64,000 nucleotides of DNA from a virus. Its lineage: Duplodnaviria > Caudoviricetes. Position numbers and translations under genes: made by a program. Shown in pieces: positions 16,615 to 26,288 of this stretch. The DNA lies in the IMG/VR virus record IMGVR_UViG_3300049988_000124, positions 224,001 to 288,000 of that record. One strand, written 5' to 3'. Under the pieces are notes generated by a model. The model saw nothing but the letters and a program-made list of their open reading frames with translations, did not search any database and was not told the origin of the DNA. How positions within the stretch are numbered: position 1 is the stretch's first letter; the number at the start of each line of letters is the position of its first letter.

Positions 16615-18924
16615 TTACTTCTTGTTCTTGTTCAGTGCAGCCGCGAGGGCAGAACCCAGTGCACTAAGCGCTGGTTCCGGTTCCTTCTGCTCCTCACGCG
16701 GACGCTTTGGTTCAGTTCCGTAATTACCCGACATCATATACGCGTCATGGTTACGCTTGTACTTCTGTGCGTCGAACGGATCATCCATAGCACCCACAGA
16801 ACGACGGATTGTTCCGTACTTCGCCATCGACAAACCAGCACTGTCGTAGATTTCTTCGATCGTGGAAGCAAAAGAAGAAGGGCTAAAGATACTCGGCTCT
16901 TCCTTTCTCTTACCACTGAGGAAATCACCCAGTGCACTCTCACTAAGCGCAATAGCGGCAATACGCTCGAGTGCTGGACGACCGAACTCCTTGATGAGAT
17001 CGCGAACATCCTTCTCCGAGAAGCTCGTCAACTGCTCAATGACCGCGAACGGTCGCGCATCTGAGAAACCACGAGCCTTTGGTGTGACGATACGAATGGT
17101 GCCAGTGTAGAACAGAGCCTCAGAGACGCCTGCGACTGTCGTGGTGCGACTCTTATCGGCGGTGCGAAACTTCGTACCTTTTGACTCGGTTACTGGAATG
17201 GAGACACCTATGTAGCGCTGTGATGGGTAAGCATCGACGATCATGGACCGGAAGATAACCTGCTTGGTGAGCCGGTCGAACTCCTCGCGGTCTTCCTCTG
17301 CGATGGGAAGGTAGCATTCCCACTTCGCGCGCGTGTTGGTCTTGCGCTCGAGATCTTGGACGAGTGCCTTATACTCGAAGTACTTCTTCGAGCTGACGTT
17401 GAACGCGTCAGCGGCAACCATGATCTTCTTGCGATTATACCCGTTCTTGTCGACCGAGTAAATCTTCTGCGCGATCACCATAACCTGGGAAACGATGTCA
17501 GATGTACGCCAATCCGATGCGTACATCCCAATCCGGTAATCTTGACGCATGTCGCCCATGTCGATGGCCGCGATGAGCGGGAGCATCTCGGCTACCATGT
17601 GCAGCTTAACCGCCTGACACAGGGCAGCGGCTGCGCGGTAGCTGAGCGGGAGCTCTTGTACCATAAACCCATCAGCGGTCAGCTCGATTGCACCTTCATC
17701 ATTCTCACGAATAAGTCCGTAGCTAACAAGCGTGTCGACCGCCGAGGTGATGGCTCCTTCTTCCGGCTGCTCACGCGGGGTGAACTTCAGTTGCCGCACA
17801 TGAATGTCGGGGTAGCGCGTGCAGTTCATGACAAGCTCGGTCAAAGGCAGACGAACAATGTCCGGCTCTGCCATCTGAGGACGGGACTCGAGTGTGTCCT
17901 TGGCTGCGAGGATGAACACGCCAGGCGAGAAGCGTGCCACACGACCCATCTGCTGATGGATCCGCCAGCTAGGAAGATTCTCCTTGTGAAGACGACGCAC
18001 GTTGCCGCGCGCATACATCACCTTGGTGTCGCCTGAGGAGACACCTCCATCGACCCAGGAGAGGCTAACGCCTGATTCTAGGACGTTGGTACCAACGAGG
18101 ATCTTTACCCCTGACTCGCGGTCCTTGCTGGCAGCACGACGCTGCATACCCGATGAGTTCCCGTGAACGGTCTCGATCTCGAAGTCAACGTTGTCGTGGA
18201 AGAGCTGCCGGGAGATGTTGTCGACCGCATCCTCAATCTCCTCGACGCCGGAGACGAAGACCAGGATACCTTTGCGCTGATGCTGGGTGATGAGCTCGCT
18301 GACCGCTGCCTCCAGGGTGAAAGCTGGACGGTGAAGGAACTCTACCGGGAAGGCTGTACCCTTGGTGGTGAAGGGAATGGCATTGTCGCCCCAGTAGGTA
18401 AGCTCATTGGCAACATCGATCGTGGCGGATAGTTCTGCCAGGTTGATCTGGTCACCGCGCTCGAGCCGAGCGTGGAGGTACGCTTTGGCGAGCGACAGAT
18501 CAATCGATGTCTCATGCGCTTCGTCGAGAATGAAATTATGCTTGCTCGCCAAGATACCCGATGACAGCGCGTAGCCGACGGTCGTGAAGACGAGGCGGTT
18601 GTTCGGGTGAAGAGTTGAATCATCATCCGAGCGACTAGAGTTCTTGACGCCCACGAGGTCACGCTCGTCACCCAGAAGTGTCCAGAGTGCCTCGGCTGCA
18701 TTGTTGGAGAGAAAGCGCGTGGGCTGGAGAACGTAGACGACGTTGTCGATGGGGTCGTCCGCCAACGCTCTGGCGCAGGCTGCTGGAATCAACATGGTCT
18801 TGCCCGAGGCAACCTCGGAGGTGACGACCGGGATCATCTGATTGGTGAAATACTCAGCCACCTGATCACAGATGGTGGAGACCGGTAGGTGCTCGAGTTT
18901 CTTGAACAAACTGTCGAACATCAC
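16615..18924 (-). CDS. HrpA/HrpB-like DEAH-box helicase
   Basis: Motif I SEVASGKT, Ia QPTR, Ib TTVG, II LDEAHE, III LSAT, IV ILVFVSG, V GTNVLESGVS and VI QQMGRVAR. Confidence 0.85.
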   Translation of the reverse strand: MMFDSLFKKLEHLPVSTICDQVAEYFTNQMIPVVTSEVASGKTMLIPAACARALADDPIDNVVYVLQPTRFLSNNAAEALWTLLGDERDLVGVKNSSRSDDDSTLHPNNRLVFTTVGYALSSGILASKHNFILDEAHETSIDLSLAKAYLHARLERGDQINLAELSATIDVANELTYWGDNAIPFTTKGTAFPVEFLHRPAFTLEAAVSELITQHQRKGILVFVSGVEEIEDAVDNISRQLFHDNVDFEIETVHGNSSGMQRRAASKDRESGVKILVGTNVLESGVSLSWVDGGVSSGDTKVMYARGNVRRLHKENLPSWRIHQQMGRVARFSPGVFILAAKDTLESRPQMAEPDIVRLPLTELVMNCTRYPDIHVRQLKFTPREQPEEGAITSAVDTLVSYGLIRENDEGAIELTADGFMVQELPLSYRAAAALCQAVKLHMVAEMLPLIAAIDMGDMRQDYRIGMYASDWRTSDIVSQVMVIAQKIYSVDKNGYNRKKIMVAADAFNVSSKKYFEYKALVQDLERKTNTRAKWECYLPIAEEDREEFDRLTKQVIFRSMIVDAYPSQRYIGVSIPVTESKGTKFRTADKSRTTTVAGVSEALFYTGTIRIVTPKARGFSDARPFAVIEQLTSFSEKDVRDLIKEFGRPALERIAAIALSESALGDFLSGKRKEEPSIFSPSSFASTIEEIYDSAGLSMAKYGTIRRSVGAMDDPFDAQKYKRNHDAYMMSGNYGTEPKRPREEQKEPEPALSALGSALAAALNKNKK

Positions 18925-18954
18925 GAAACTCCTTCTTGGTGTGTGAAAGGTAAC

Positions 18955-19110
18955 TTACTGGTTGGGCGGCGAGAAGTCGTTGGTCACTACCCCTAAGGGT
19001 TGACCAGGTTTTAAGATACGAACCTTGACGGGGGTCTGCGTCATGGTAATGACAGTAACAGAGCTGCCGAAGAGAAATCGGTCAATGGCATCGGCGATCT
19101 TGATGATCAT
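18955..19110 (-). CDS. Small 51-aa protein missed by the ORF track
   Basis: MIIKIADAIDRFLFGSSVTVITMTQTPVKVRILKPGQPLGVVTNDFSPPNQ with RBS agagagga. Lies between an early promoter and the helicase. Confidence 0.6.
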   Translation of the reverse strand: MIIKIADAIDRFLFGSSVTVITMTQTPVKVRILKPGQPLGVVTNDFSPPNQ

Positions 19111-19226
19111 GGTGTCGTCCTCTCTTGATGCTAAGAGTTGAAGTCACCAGTGCTCTGCATTAAACATAGCACATGATGACGTAAGTGAAGGTTGAAAAAG
19201 ATGAAGGGATTCATCTTGTCACCTGA

Positions 19227-19251
19227 GTAATATATCGACGTACCGCGATGA
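19227..19251 (-). promoter_or_regulatory. Early promoter TCAT-N13-TATATTAC
   Basis: Plus strand gtaatata at 19227-19234 followed by tcga, and atga at 19248-19251. Confidence 0.75.
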
Positions 19252-19263
19252 CATAGGGACAAG

Positions 19264-19295
19264 TAGAGCAGGCCCCTTTACGGGAGCCTGCTCTA
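19264..19295 (-). terminator. Hairpin terminator
   Basis: tagagcaggc...gcctgctcta stem right after the stop of 19304..20212. Confidence 0.65.
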
Positions 19296-19303
19296 TGATG
19301 GTC

Positions 19304-20212
19304 TTAGTTTACCAACGACGGGGTGCCACTGGCATTCTGTGCCAGGATCATGGGATGGTTCGCGTAGCCGTGAAAGAAGTGATACAGCGCCTGGTAGGGA
19401 GCATGCAAGATCATCTCACACGGGGGATACATGGAGCCTTCGTGGAAGTACATGTGGATCCTCGAGAGGAACTCTGTAACATCCTTCTTGGTGGCATCCG
19501 GATCATTGACGACGTTCAGATAGTCCCACATCAGAACCGCAATGTCTTCTTTCGAGAGATCAAAGCAACCCATGACATTATCATCCGTCATGACAAAGGA
19601 GATAAAGGATGCGTGAATGAAACGTCGGAACGCTTTCAGGTAATCGATCCGCTCGGTGAGGACTTGCCAGCTAGGCTTCCAGAGGAGCCAGTCGGGCTTA
19701 TCAATCGCCGAGATCGACCGGGCTACCTTGTCGAGGAGAACAACATCCCCACTGTCAAACTCATAACGGTAGTTGGACATATACGCATTGTAGTGCGTAT
19801 TGAAATGCGTCAATCCACCAAAGTGACTGATGGGATTGCGTTTGTCGTTGATGTTGAGGGCGTAGATACACGACACCCCGTGCATCTTTTGCTGCTTCTC
19901 CTTGTCATCAGGGAAAAGGTGAGCAAGGCGACTAAAGGCCGCAACCGACAAGACCACATCATACACCCAAGCACGACAGAGGATCTCGGGGATCTTGTCT
20001 ACTTGACTGAGGTTGGTGAAGAACTTGCGGCAAATCTCCTTACCTGCTACCTTCTCAATCTCTGCGGCAAACGCGATTGGATCGTTGTCTCCAGCGGTCA
20101 CATCAACCAGGTTAACCTTGACCTGGTCAGACATGAGATAGCGAAAGAGACATGACGAGAAATCAGAAGGAGCTTTCAGGAGTGATTCGATACTGGGATT
20201 GGGGGTTTCCAT
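19304..20212 (-). CDS. Hypothetical protein
   Basis: 302 aa, predicted helical. Confidence 0.7.
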   Translation of the reverse strand: METPNPSIESLLKAPSDFSSCLFRYLMSDQVKVNLVDVTAGDNDPIAFAAEIEKVAGKEICRKFFTNLSQVDKIPEILCRAWVYDVVLSVAAFSRLAHLFPDDKEKQQKMHGVSCIYALNINDKRNPISHFGGLTHFNTHYNAYMSNYRYEFDSGDVVLLDKVARSISAIDKPDWLLWKPSWQVLTERIDYLKAFRRFIHASFISFVMTDDNVMGCFDLSKEDIAVLMWDYLNVVNDPDATKKDVTEFLSRIHMYFHEGSMYPPCEMILHAPYQALYHFFHGYANHPMILAQNASGTPSLVN

Positions 20213-20229
20213 GAGGGTGACCCTTTTGT

Positions 20230-20886
20230 TTAAAGCTGTGTGCCTTTGTGAGAAACGAACCGGTCGGTGTGATAGAAGATCTGTCGAAGCTGCTTTTCCA
20301 AGAAACCATTCTCATCGTCGATCAGAACAGCGCCTGTCTGGATCAAGCGGCGCATCACCATGGTGAGGGACTTAACTTCCTCGTGAGCAACGATGTAGTC
20401 ACTGAAACGAGGATCAGGCTTTACCCGTTCACAAAGGGAGGACAGGTTCAAGATAATCTGATACGCAGGATAGTTAATCGGCGTGTTGATGATCGGCTGA
20501 CTGTGATAGTCAGTGATCGCTAGGATGAGTTGTCCGACATCCTGGGTGAACTCGTTGTCAACATCGGCCATGACAGTTTCTCTTGACATAACGGGTCCAT
20601 GTTTTACTGCGAGCATGTGATCATAGACCACATCGGCGTATTTCGACAACCACAAGGCACGGCGGTTAACCATGAGGGAATCGTCGCAGGTTCGGTGGAG
20701 ATATTCAAAGAACCCGTTGACCAGAAGTTTGGTTCGTTCCTCTGGTTGAACTACGTCAAAAAATTCAAGGAGCTTCAAGATGCCCCCAATCCGTTCAGCG
20801 AGCTTTACTTTTAGCTCAACTGAACGAACCGTGGTGAGGATGTGATATCGCTCGGGCAGCTCCTTGATCAGGGGGAAGATAGCCAT
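20230..20886 (-). CDS. Hypothetical protein
   Basis: 218 aa with RBS gaagga. Confidence 0.7.
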   Translation of the reverse strand: MAIFPLIKELPERYHILTTVRSVELKVKLAERIGGILKLLEFFDVVQPEERTKLLVNGFFEYLHRTCDDSLMVNRRALWLSKYADVVYDHMLAVKHGPVMSRETVMADVDNEFTQDVGQLILAITDYHSQPIINTPINYPAYQIILNLSSLCERVKPDPRFSDYIVAHEEVKSLTMVMRRLIQTGAVLIDDENGFLEKQLRQIFYHTDRFVSHKGTQL

Positions 20887-20918
20887 CTTCTGATCCTTCT
20901 CAAGGGGTTGGTGTGGGT

Positions 20919-21098
20919 CTAGCGCTGCGGCTTACAGACCATGTTCTTCTTCTGTTTCTCTCGGACACGGTAGGGAGCAGCAGAGGCGGGCAGAGTCATA
21001 TCCTGCTTCATCTGCTGACACTGCGCGTTGGTGAGATCGCGAACGACGTAAGGGTCGGGTCCGAGAAAGTAGAACGTCCACAAGATGACGGTGCGCAT
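20919..21098 (-). CDS. Small hypothetical protein
   Basis: 59 aa from the ATG at 21098, RBS aaaggaag. Confidence 0.55.
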   Translation of the reverse strand: MRTVILWTFYFLGPDPYVVRDLTNAQCQQMKQDMTLPASAAPYRVREKQKKNMVCKPQR

Positions 21099-21123
21099 AA
21101 CAAAACTTCCTTTCGTTATGGGA

Positions 21124-21459
21124 TTACGAGAAGAGGTACGCGATGAGCTGGTGCGTGCTAACGCTGCGCTCAAGCTCGTCGAGTTCCTTCATATATCCGA
21201 CCTCCATCTTGATCAGTCGGACGTAGAGGATAAGCGCCGCAAGGACGCTGAGCTTGACGCGGTTGCGCGCGGCAATCTCGTTCAAGTCGGATCGCAGATT
21301 GCGAAACTTCACCATGTCCATCTGACTGGAACTATTGTTGAAGAGTTGCTTGGACTGATAGATGCCGATGACCTCCAGGTAGAAGTCGAGTTTGGTCTTG
21401 ATGCGGGTCTGGATCCAACCAGCAATCATCAGCACGATCGTGAGAATGATGTTCTTCAT
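21124..21459 (-). CDS. Hypothetical protein
   Basis: 111 aa with RBS aaagga. Confidence 0.6.
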   Translation of the reverse strand: MKNIILTIVLMIAGWIQTRIKTKLDFYLEVIGIYQSKQLFNNSSSQMDMVKFRNLRSDLNEIAARNRVKLSVLAALILYVRLIKMEVGYMKELDELERSVSTHQLIAYLFS

Positions 21460-21481
21460 GGTGGAAATCCTTTCCTTGAAT

Positions 21482-22063
21482 TTACGTCACGTCGGGAGCA
21501 GCAGAGGGCATGGTCAGCGTGGTCAGGTAACCAACGCAACCGACGTAATGCGCGACCAGAACAGTTTCGAAATAACCAACTGCCCATTCATCGAGATCGC
21601 GATCAACGTTCGTGCTACCGGCAACAAAGACACACTCGTTGCTCACCGGCTTCCTGGAAACAGACAGACCATCGAGAAGGTTCCTGACAGCGAACTGGGA
21701 AACGGTAAATGAACCGCTGATTACCCACCCACCGAGGATACCATTGACGATGACGCCGTCCTCGCCGAGCTCACCGATCAAATCACCGGTCTTGATTTGA
21801 TCGTACTTGATCATCGTGGCTTCCATGTTAACGAGACGCACGATGTCGGACGGAGATGAAACACTTCCCTCGTCCTTGGCAGTACCATCCTCGCGGTAGA
21901 GAATGTAGTGACGGGTCTTGTAGTTCAGAGAGCCCATCTTCTCAGTGACGCCCTCGAACTGAAAACCGGCATCATGACCAGGCTCTCCGGGGACGAGCTT
22001 AGACTCGATGGTGATGCGCTTACCGTCACGCGTGATGCCGATGGTTCCGATATCGATCTTCAT
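21482..22063 (-). CDS. Hypothetical protein
   Basis: ATG at 22063 with RBS gaggga, downstream of tandem early promoters. Confidence 0.7.
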   Translation of the reverse strand: MKIDIGTIGITRDGKRITIESKLVPGEPGHDAGFQFEGVTEKMGSLNYKTRHYILYREDGTAKDEGSVSSPSDIVRLVNMEATMIKYDQIKTGDLIGELGEDGVIVNGILGGWVISGSFTVSQFAVRNLLDGLSVSRKPVSNECVFVAGSTNVDRDLDEWAVGYFETVLVAHYVGCVGYLTTLTMPSAAPDVT

Positions 22064-22114
22064 GCGAAATCTCCCTCTTGTGAAAAACAACAACTGCGGG
22101 TGGTTGTCAAGTAA

Positions 22115-22139
22115 GTAATATATCGATGAGCTCGTTTGA
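22115..22139 (-). promoter_or_regulatory. Early promoter TCAA-N13-TATATTAC
   Basis: gtaatata at 22115-22122 and ttga at 22136-22139. Confidence 0.75.
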
Positions 22140-22171
22140 TTGAGGTACGATAGCCTGGCTCATTCATTTAA

Positions 22172-22197
22172 GTAATATAGCGATATACTTAGCATGA
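22172..22197 (-). promoter_or_regulatory. Early promoter TCAT-N14-TATATTAC
   Basis: gtaatata at 22172-22179 and atga at 22194-22197. Confidence 0.75.
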
Positions 22198-22230
22198 AGA
22201 GAGAGGCCGAAGCCCCTCTCCTCATTGTTC

Positions 22231-22998
22231 TTACTTAACTGATTTCTTCTTGAGCTTGCGTCTGATAAAGGCTACCATCAAGGTAAGGTCGAGGACCGTG
22301 ATCTGATCATCGAAGTGTAGCCAGCGTGCCTCGAACGAATTCAAGATGCTGTGGCCATTCTCATTGCGAATGAGCTGATCAACCAATCGCCTCGTAACAC
22401 CTTGGTTGTTGCGAATGTTCTTGTTGGGATCGCACAGATCAATGATCTTGGTGGCTGGGTTGTAACGCGTGAGGTTCAGATAGTTCATCACGGTCTGTCG
22501 CGCCTCTAGTCGTTCTTCTTCCTGGTTAAGGAAACGACTGAGCGAGACATTACTGAAGCAGCGAACACCGGTAAGCTCAGCACCTACCCAGATGGGTAAG
22601 GGGAGCGGTGTGTTGAAGGAGGGAAGCTCTACCTCGGCGATCTCTAAGCTAGAAAGCTCAGGGTTGCGGAAGTCGTCGAGTTCCCAAAGTCTGTCTTTAA
22701 CGATTTTGTGAAAACGTCGCTTATGGACACCAGTCTTGTGACACCGCTCACGCATGGTCACGAACTCGTCCTGGGTCATGGTGTTGGGAAGCTCTATAAT
22801 GTCGCGCTTCATGGTCTGGTCGTAGGTGGATTTGATTCCGACTCCAGGAATGGTGTCAGTCGTGATTCGACACCGAATCGTCCATGATCCAGTATTAGAC
22901 AGATACCACTGACTGACGAGCATACTGTTGTTTGACAACCGGTCAGGGCAGATCAATAGTTTAAAGCGTCGTTCGATCTCAATCCCACGTGTCGCCAT
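22231..22998 (-). CDS. CYTH-domain (triphosphate tunnel) protein with C-terminal extension
   Basis: EIERRFK (ExExK-like), RCRI, VHKRRF, WELDDF, IAEVEL and ELTG...FSNVSL. Confidence 0.85.
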   Translation of the reverse strand: MATRGIEIERRFKLLICPDRLSNNSMLVSQWYLSNTGSWTIRCRITTDTIPGVGIKSTYDQTMKRDIIELPNTMTQDEFVTMRERCHKTGVHKRRFHKIVKDRLWELDDFRNPELSSLEIAEVELPSFNTPLPLPIWVGAELTGVRCFSNVSLSRFLNQEEERLEARQTVMNYLNLTRYNPATKIIDLCDPNKNIRNNQGVTRRLVDQLIRNENGHSILNSFEARWLHFDDQITVLDLTLMVAFIRRKLKKKSVK

Positions 22999-23044
22999 GG
23001 TTGACATCCTTTCATAAAACATAGTGGTTCAAAGTTCATAAATA

Positions 23045-23072
23045 AGTAAGAGGGGCACTCGCCCCTCTTACT
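23045..23072 (-). terminator. Hairpin terminator
   Basis: agtaagaggggc/gcccctcttact 12-bp stem. Confidence 0.75.
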
Positions 23073-26000
23073 CACAATCCTATTCTCTCATCTTCTAGTT
23101 CGAGGTTAGCGCTTTCCTTTGATGCGTCGATAACTTGCTTATACTCACGCTCGTCAGGATCAGGGCCTGCGAAGTCTGCACCAACGATGCTGTTGATGAG
23201 TTCGCGCACCTCTGCTAGGATCTCGTCGGTACGAGATGACACGTTGGGAACACCGCCAGTATCAAGGGTTACCTCGATAATCGTGACCGGGTGAATCTGT
23301 CCCAATCGGTCCGCACGAGCAATCACCTGATCATAGGTAGCCTGCCGGTAGGGACGATTGAGTAGCACCACCGTCGAGGCGGCAATCACCGGAACGGCCT
23401 CTGAGAGCGACTGCATAGTCGCACAGATCGGATTTACATTCGGGTCATCAGTGAAGCGGTTGATGTTCTTGGTTAGGTCTGCGTTGGTATCAGCGTAGAC
23501 CATGAGGGGCTCAAAGCCCTGATCGGTCAGATGCTTACTCAAGACCTTAACCGGTAGCACTGAGGAGGCAAAGAAGAGTGTCTTGGAGAGCGACTCTTTC
23601 ATGATCACGTCGGGCTTACAGAACACACCCAAGGCTGCTGCACATTCTGATCGACGCTTAGCGAGGATCGTGCCCAATGCCTCGCCTCGCACCTTCAGCT
23701 TCAAGTTCTTCACAGCGGACAGAGCATTTCTGAACTCACTGCGATTGATCGGTGGAATTGACGGATAGAGTTTGGTCCGCTCGTAGGTACGACACGCAGC
23801 CATCTGGTCCGTCATCATGAGGTCAGGTGCTCTCATGATCATCTTGAGATTCTTCTGATAGGTGTAGAAAGCTTGACGGTCTTGACGAGATTCTAACTTA
23901 TTCTCGTGGTAGTTCATGTAAAAATCAACGAGCTTACGATAATGCTTGATGTTGTCTTTATACATGGTCAACTGCTTCTGGATGAACTCTTTCATCTCCT
24001 CCCTGACTGTTGACATCAGGAATTTATGAGCAAGGGCTGGAGGCAATCTGACGGGAAGTTCTTTTACCACAGGCTTGGTGGCAGAGAAAGCAGACTTACC
24101 GACCATGAAGGCCATCTGCTGACCCAAACGATGTTGGAAGATTTCGCCTGCCTTACCAGGAGACATCGTGAAGATCTGCTTGAAGCGTCGCTCTGCATCA
24201 GCATCGAACCGGTGGTCCGAGCATTTGAGAAACGAGACCATCTCAGCGGCACTCTTCAGGATCGGTGAGCCTGATGTCCACAAGAATAGAACATCGTCTC
24301 TTAGAGTCTGGAGCTTTACGAGCTGCTGAGTACGGTTGGAGCGCCAGTCCGCAAAGTTGTGGGACTCATCGACGATCACGAAATATTTGCGACCTTGAGC
24401 GTGGATCTTCTTGCCGAGTTCGATCGCTTTGTTGATCTGCTCGAAGTTGAAGATGTAATATTCGGTCTTCTTCTCTGGCATCGGTAAACCAGAGTCACAG
24501 CACCAGTAAGTCGGAGTCTTCTTAAAGACGCTGTTGATCGTCTTTTCCCAAACGAGGTGGAGTGCCTTCTTGGGAGAGATGATGATCTTGACATCAGCGA
24601 CACTGGGAGGAACCACGCATTCAGCGACGCAGAGATCAAGGAAGGTGTTGTGCGTCACGATGTAATCGTTCGTAATGTACAAACGATCAGGGTGATCAAC
24701 AGAGATACACTGGGCCTGCTTCTTACCGACGTAACGAATCTTTTCAATACGCAGGCGCAAGCTGTCCTTGTACTGGTAGTTCTCAGGAGTCAGCTCCTTC
24801 TTGCGAGGAAGACGGAAGAGGTCGGTAGGCTCGCGGTAGCGAATGTTAACCTGATAAGCAGGCTTACCTTCCTTGCGCTCACCCTTGTAGGTGTAGTGCG
24901 TCTGTTTAGTCTTGATGCGAGCAAGACCACCAATGCTGCGAATCAACTCCTGTATGTGCTTAGCGAGCTGTTCGCTAGTTGTGCAGAATGACGTACTTCC
25001 ATTCTCACTGACGGTTCCGTCCGAATCCATCAGACCTTGAATAAGCGCAAGCTTCTGAGAGAAGGAGGCATTCAGGTAGACATCCGGAACAAACTTGGTA
25101 TGACTACGAGTACTGTTGAGTTTGAGAGCATGAAGCTGATCAACCAACATCGATCTCGACCAACGCTTCTCCCGTGTCTTCTTCACGACTTGATAGTCGT
25201 ACGAAGACCTGGACTTATCGGGCCGGTACACCAACTCAGAATCGTCGGGAAGCAGATGTGAGACCTGGTCTACAATGAAGCCATCTGCCGAGGAAATCGA
25301 CACCGTTCCTTCACGGATGTGTCCATCACCAAGGATGATGCCGAGAAGGTAGGGATCAATGGATAGCTGAACGTCTTCCTTGATCTCTGGCTCGGGAAGA
25401 GGAACGTAGAGACGACTGGGTTCGAGTTGGTGATTGTCCATATGTAGACGAATGTCAATGAAGGGAACGACCTTCCAACCATCCACACGACCGTCCTTGT
25501 TGGAGCGTGCCCAATCCTTGTGTCGAACTTTCCAGAGGTGGTCATCACAGCATTCCACTGAACGACCGTCCTCAAAGGTTACTTCGTACATGTCGAGCTC
25601 ACCTTGCGGATAAACTCCAGTAACGAACGAGGTTCCACCATCGGGTGTAACAATGGGCTGACCAACGGTCATGTCACCATTGCGCATCCATCCTGACGGA
25701 GTACGAATGAGATCTTCTAGGCCTAGCGCTTTACCACCACCAGGGGCAAAGCCGATGATGTAACCACGCAAGTCATAGCGCGGCATCCGGTCACCGAAGA
25801 GATGAAGGAACTCAATCTGCTTGGGCATGGCCTGCCACTTCATCTGATTGAGACGCTTCATGTCGATGATTGACTTAACCTCGCCGGTACTAACCTTGAA
25901 CCACGTGTCCTCGAGGAGTCCTTTGACGATCTTGTCGATGGTGCGCTTACCCGACCACGTCGTGCGCTCATCGTGACGCAATTTGGCAAGCATGAAGATT

Positions 26001-26233
26001 AGGTCGGGGACGAAGAAGCGATTGAGCGTGAAAGCAGTGTCGGTGATGGAGGTAAACATCTTCTTGGCGATCACGTCTGTCTCAAAGAGAATCTTGAAGT
26101 GATTGCGTAAGATGAGACCGTCGACACCGGTAATCTTGACCAGGTTACCTGTCTCTTTAACACTGATCATTCCGAAGGCTCGGGCGAAATATTCCATGAA
26201 TTTCATGACGGTTCCTGTCATGGCTAATAACAT
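23072..26233 (-). CDS. SNF2-like SF2 helicase containing an intein
   Basis: Walker A APGGGK|T split by an intein, motif II VDESH, III SGSP and VI QVIARADRLGQ. Confidence 0.88.
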   Translation of the reverse strand: MLLAMTGTVMKFMEYFARAFGMISVKETGNLVKITGVDGLILRNHFKILFETDVIAKKMFTSITDTAFTLNRFFVPDLIFMLAKLRHDERTTWSGKRTIDKIVKGLLEDTWFKVSTGEVKSIIDMKRLNQMKWQAMPKQIEFLHLFGDRMPRYDLRGYIIGFAPGGGKALGLEDLIRTPSGWMRNGDMTVGQPIVTPDGGTSFVTGVYPQGELDMYEVTFEDGRSVECCDDHLWKVRHKDWARSNKDGRVDGWKVVPFIDIRLHMDNHQLEPSRLYVPLPEPEIKEDVQLSIDPYLLGIILGDGHIREGTVSISSADGFIVDQVSHLLPDDSELVYRPDKSRSSYDYQVVKKTREKRWSRSMLVDQLHALKLNSTRSHTKFVPDVYLNASFSQKLALIQGLMDSDGTVSENGSTSFCTTSEQLAKHIQELIRSIGGLARIKTKQTHYTYKGERKEGKPAYQVNIRYREPTDLFRLPRKKELTPENYQYKDSLRLRIEKIRYVGKKQAQCISVDHPDRLYITNDYIVTHNTFLDLCVAECVVPPSVADVKIIISPKKALHLVWEKTINSVFKKTPTYWCCDSGLPMPEKKTEYYIFNFEQINKAIELGKKIHAQGRKYFVIVDESHNFADWRSNRTQQLVKLQTLRDDVLFLWTSGSPILKSAAEMVSFLKCSDHRFDADAERRFKQIFTMSPGKAGEIFQHRLGQQMAFMVGKSAFSATKPVVKELPVRLPPALAHKFLMSTVREEMKEFIQKQLTMYKDNIKHYRKLVDFYMNYHENKLESRQDRQAFYTYQKNLKMIMRAPDLMMTDQMAACRTYERTKLYPSIPPINRSEFRNALSAVKNLKLKVRGEALGTILAKRRSECAAALGVFCKPDVIMKESLSKTLFFASSVLPVKVLSKHLTDQGFEPLMVYADTNADLTKNINRFTDDPNVNPICATMQSLSEAVPVIAASTVVLLNRPYRQATYDQVIARADRLGQIHPVTIIEVTLDTGGVPNVSSRTDEILAEVRELINSIVGADFAGPDPDEREYKQVIDASKESANLELEDERIGL
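24647..25729 (-). mobile_element. Class 3-type intein (361 aa) with LAGLIDADG homing endonuclease
   Basis: Begins ALGLED (Ala1) after GGGK and ends IVTHN before Thr+1. Has block B DHLW, block F QAQCISV, and LAGLIDADG-like motifs YLLGIILGDGH and ALIQGLMDSDG. Confidence 0.9.
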
Positions 26234-26253
26234 AGGATTTTTGATGAAAGAAA

Positions 26254-26281
26254 GTAGGAGGGGGCTGATGCCCCCTCCTAC
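26254..26281 (-). terminator. Hairpin terminator
   Basis: gtaggagggggc/gccccctcctac 12-bp stem. Confidence 0.75.
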
Positions 26282-26288
26282 CCCTTAG

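Noticed and set aside
19295-20155. Long antisense ORFs, for example 19295..20155, 958..1368, 17356..18036, 21085..21687, 36005..36625 and 61101..61901 on the plus strand
   Set aside because: They mirror well-supported genes on the opposite strand, have no recognisable motifs, and are expected from codon bias that leaves the antisense frame poor in stops.
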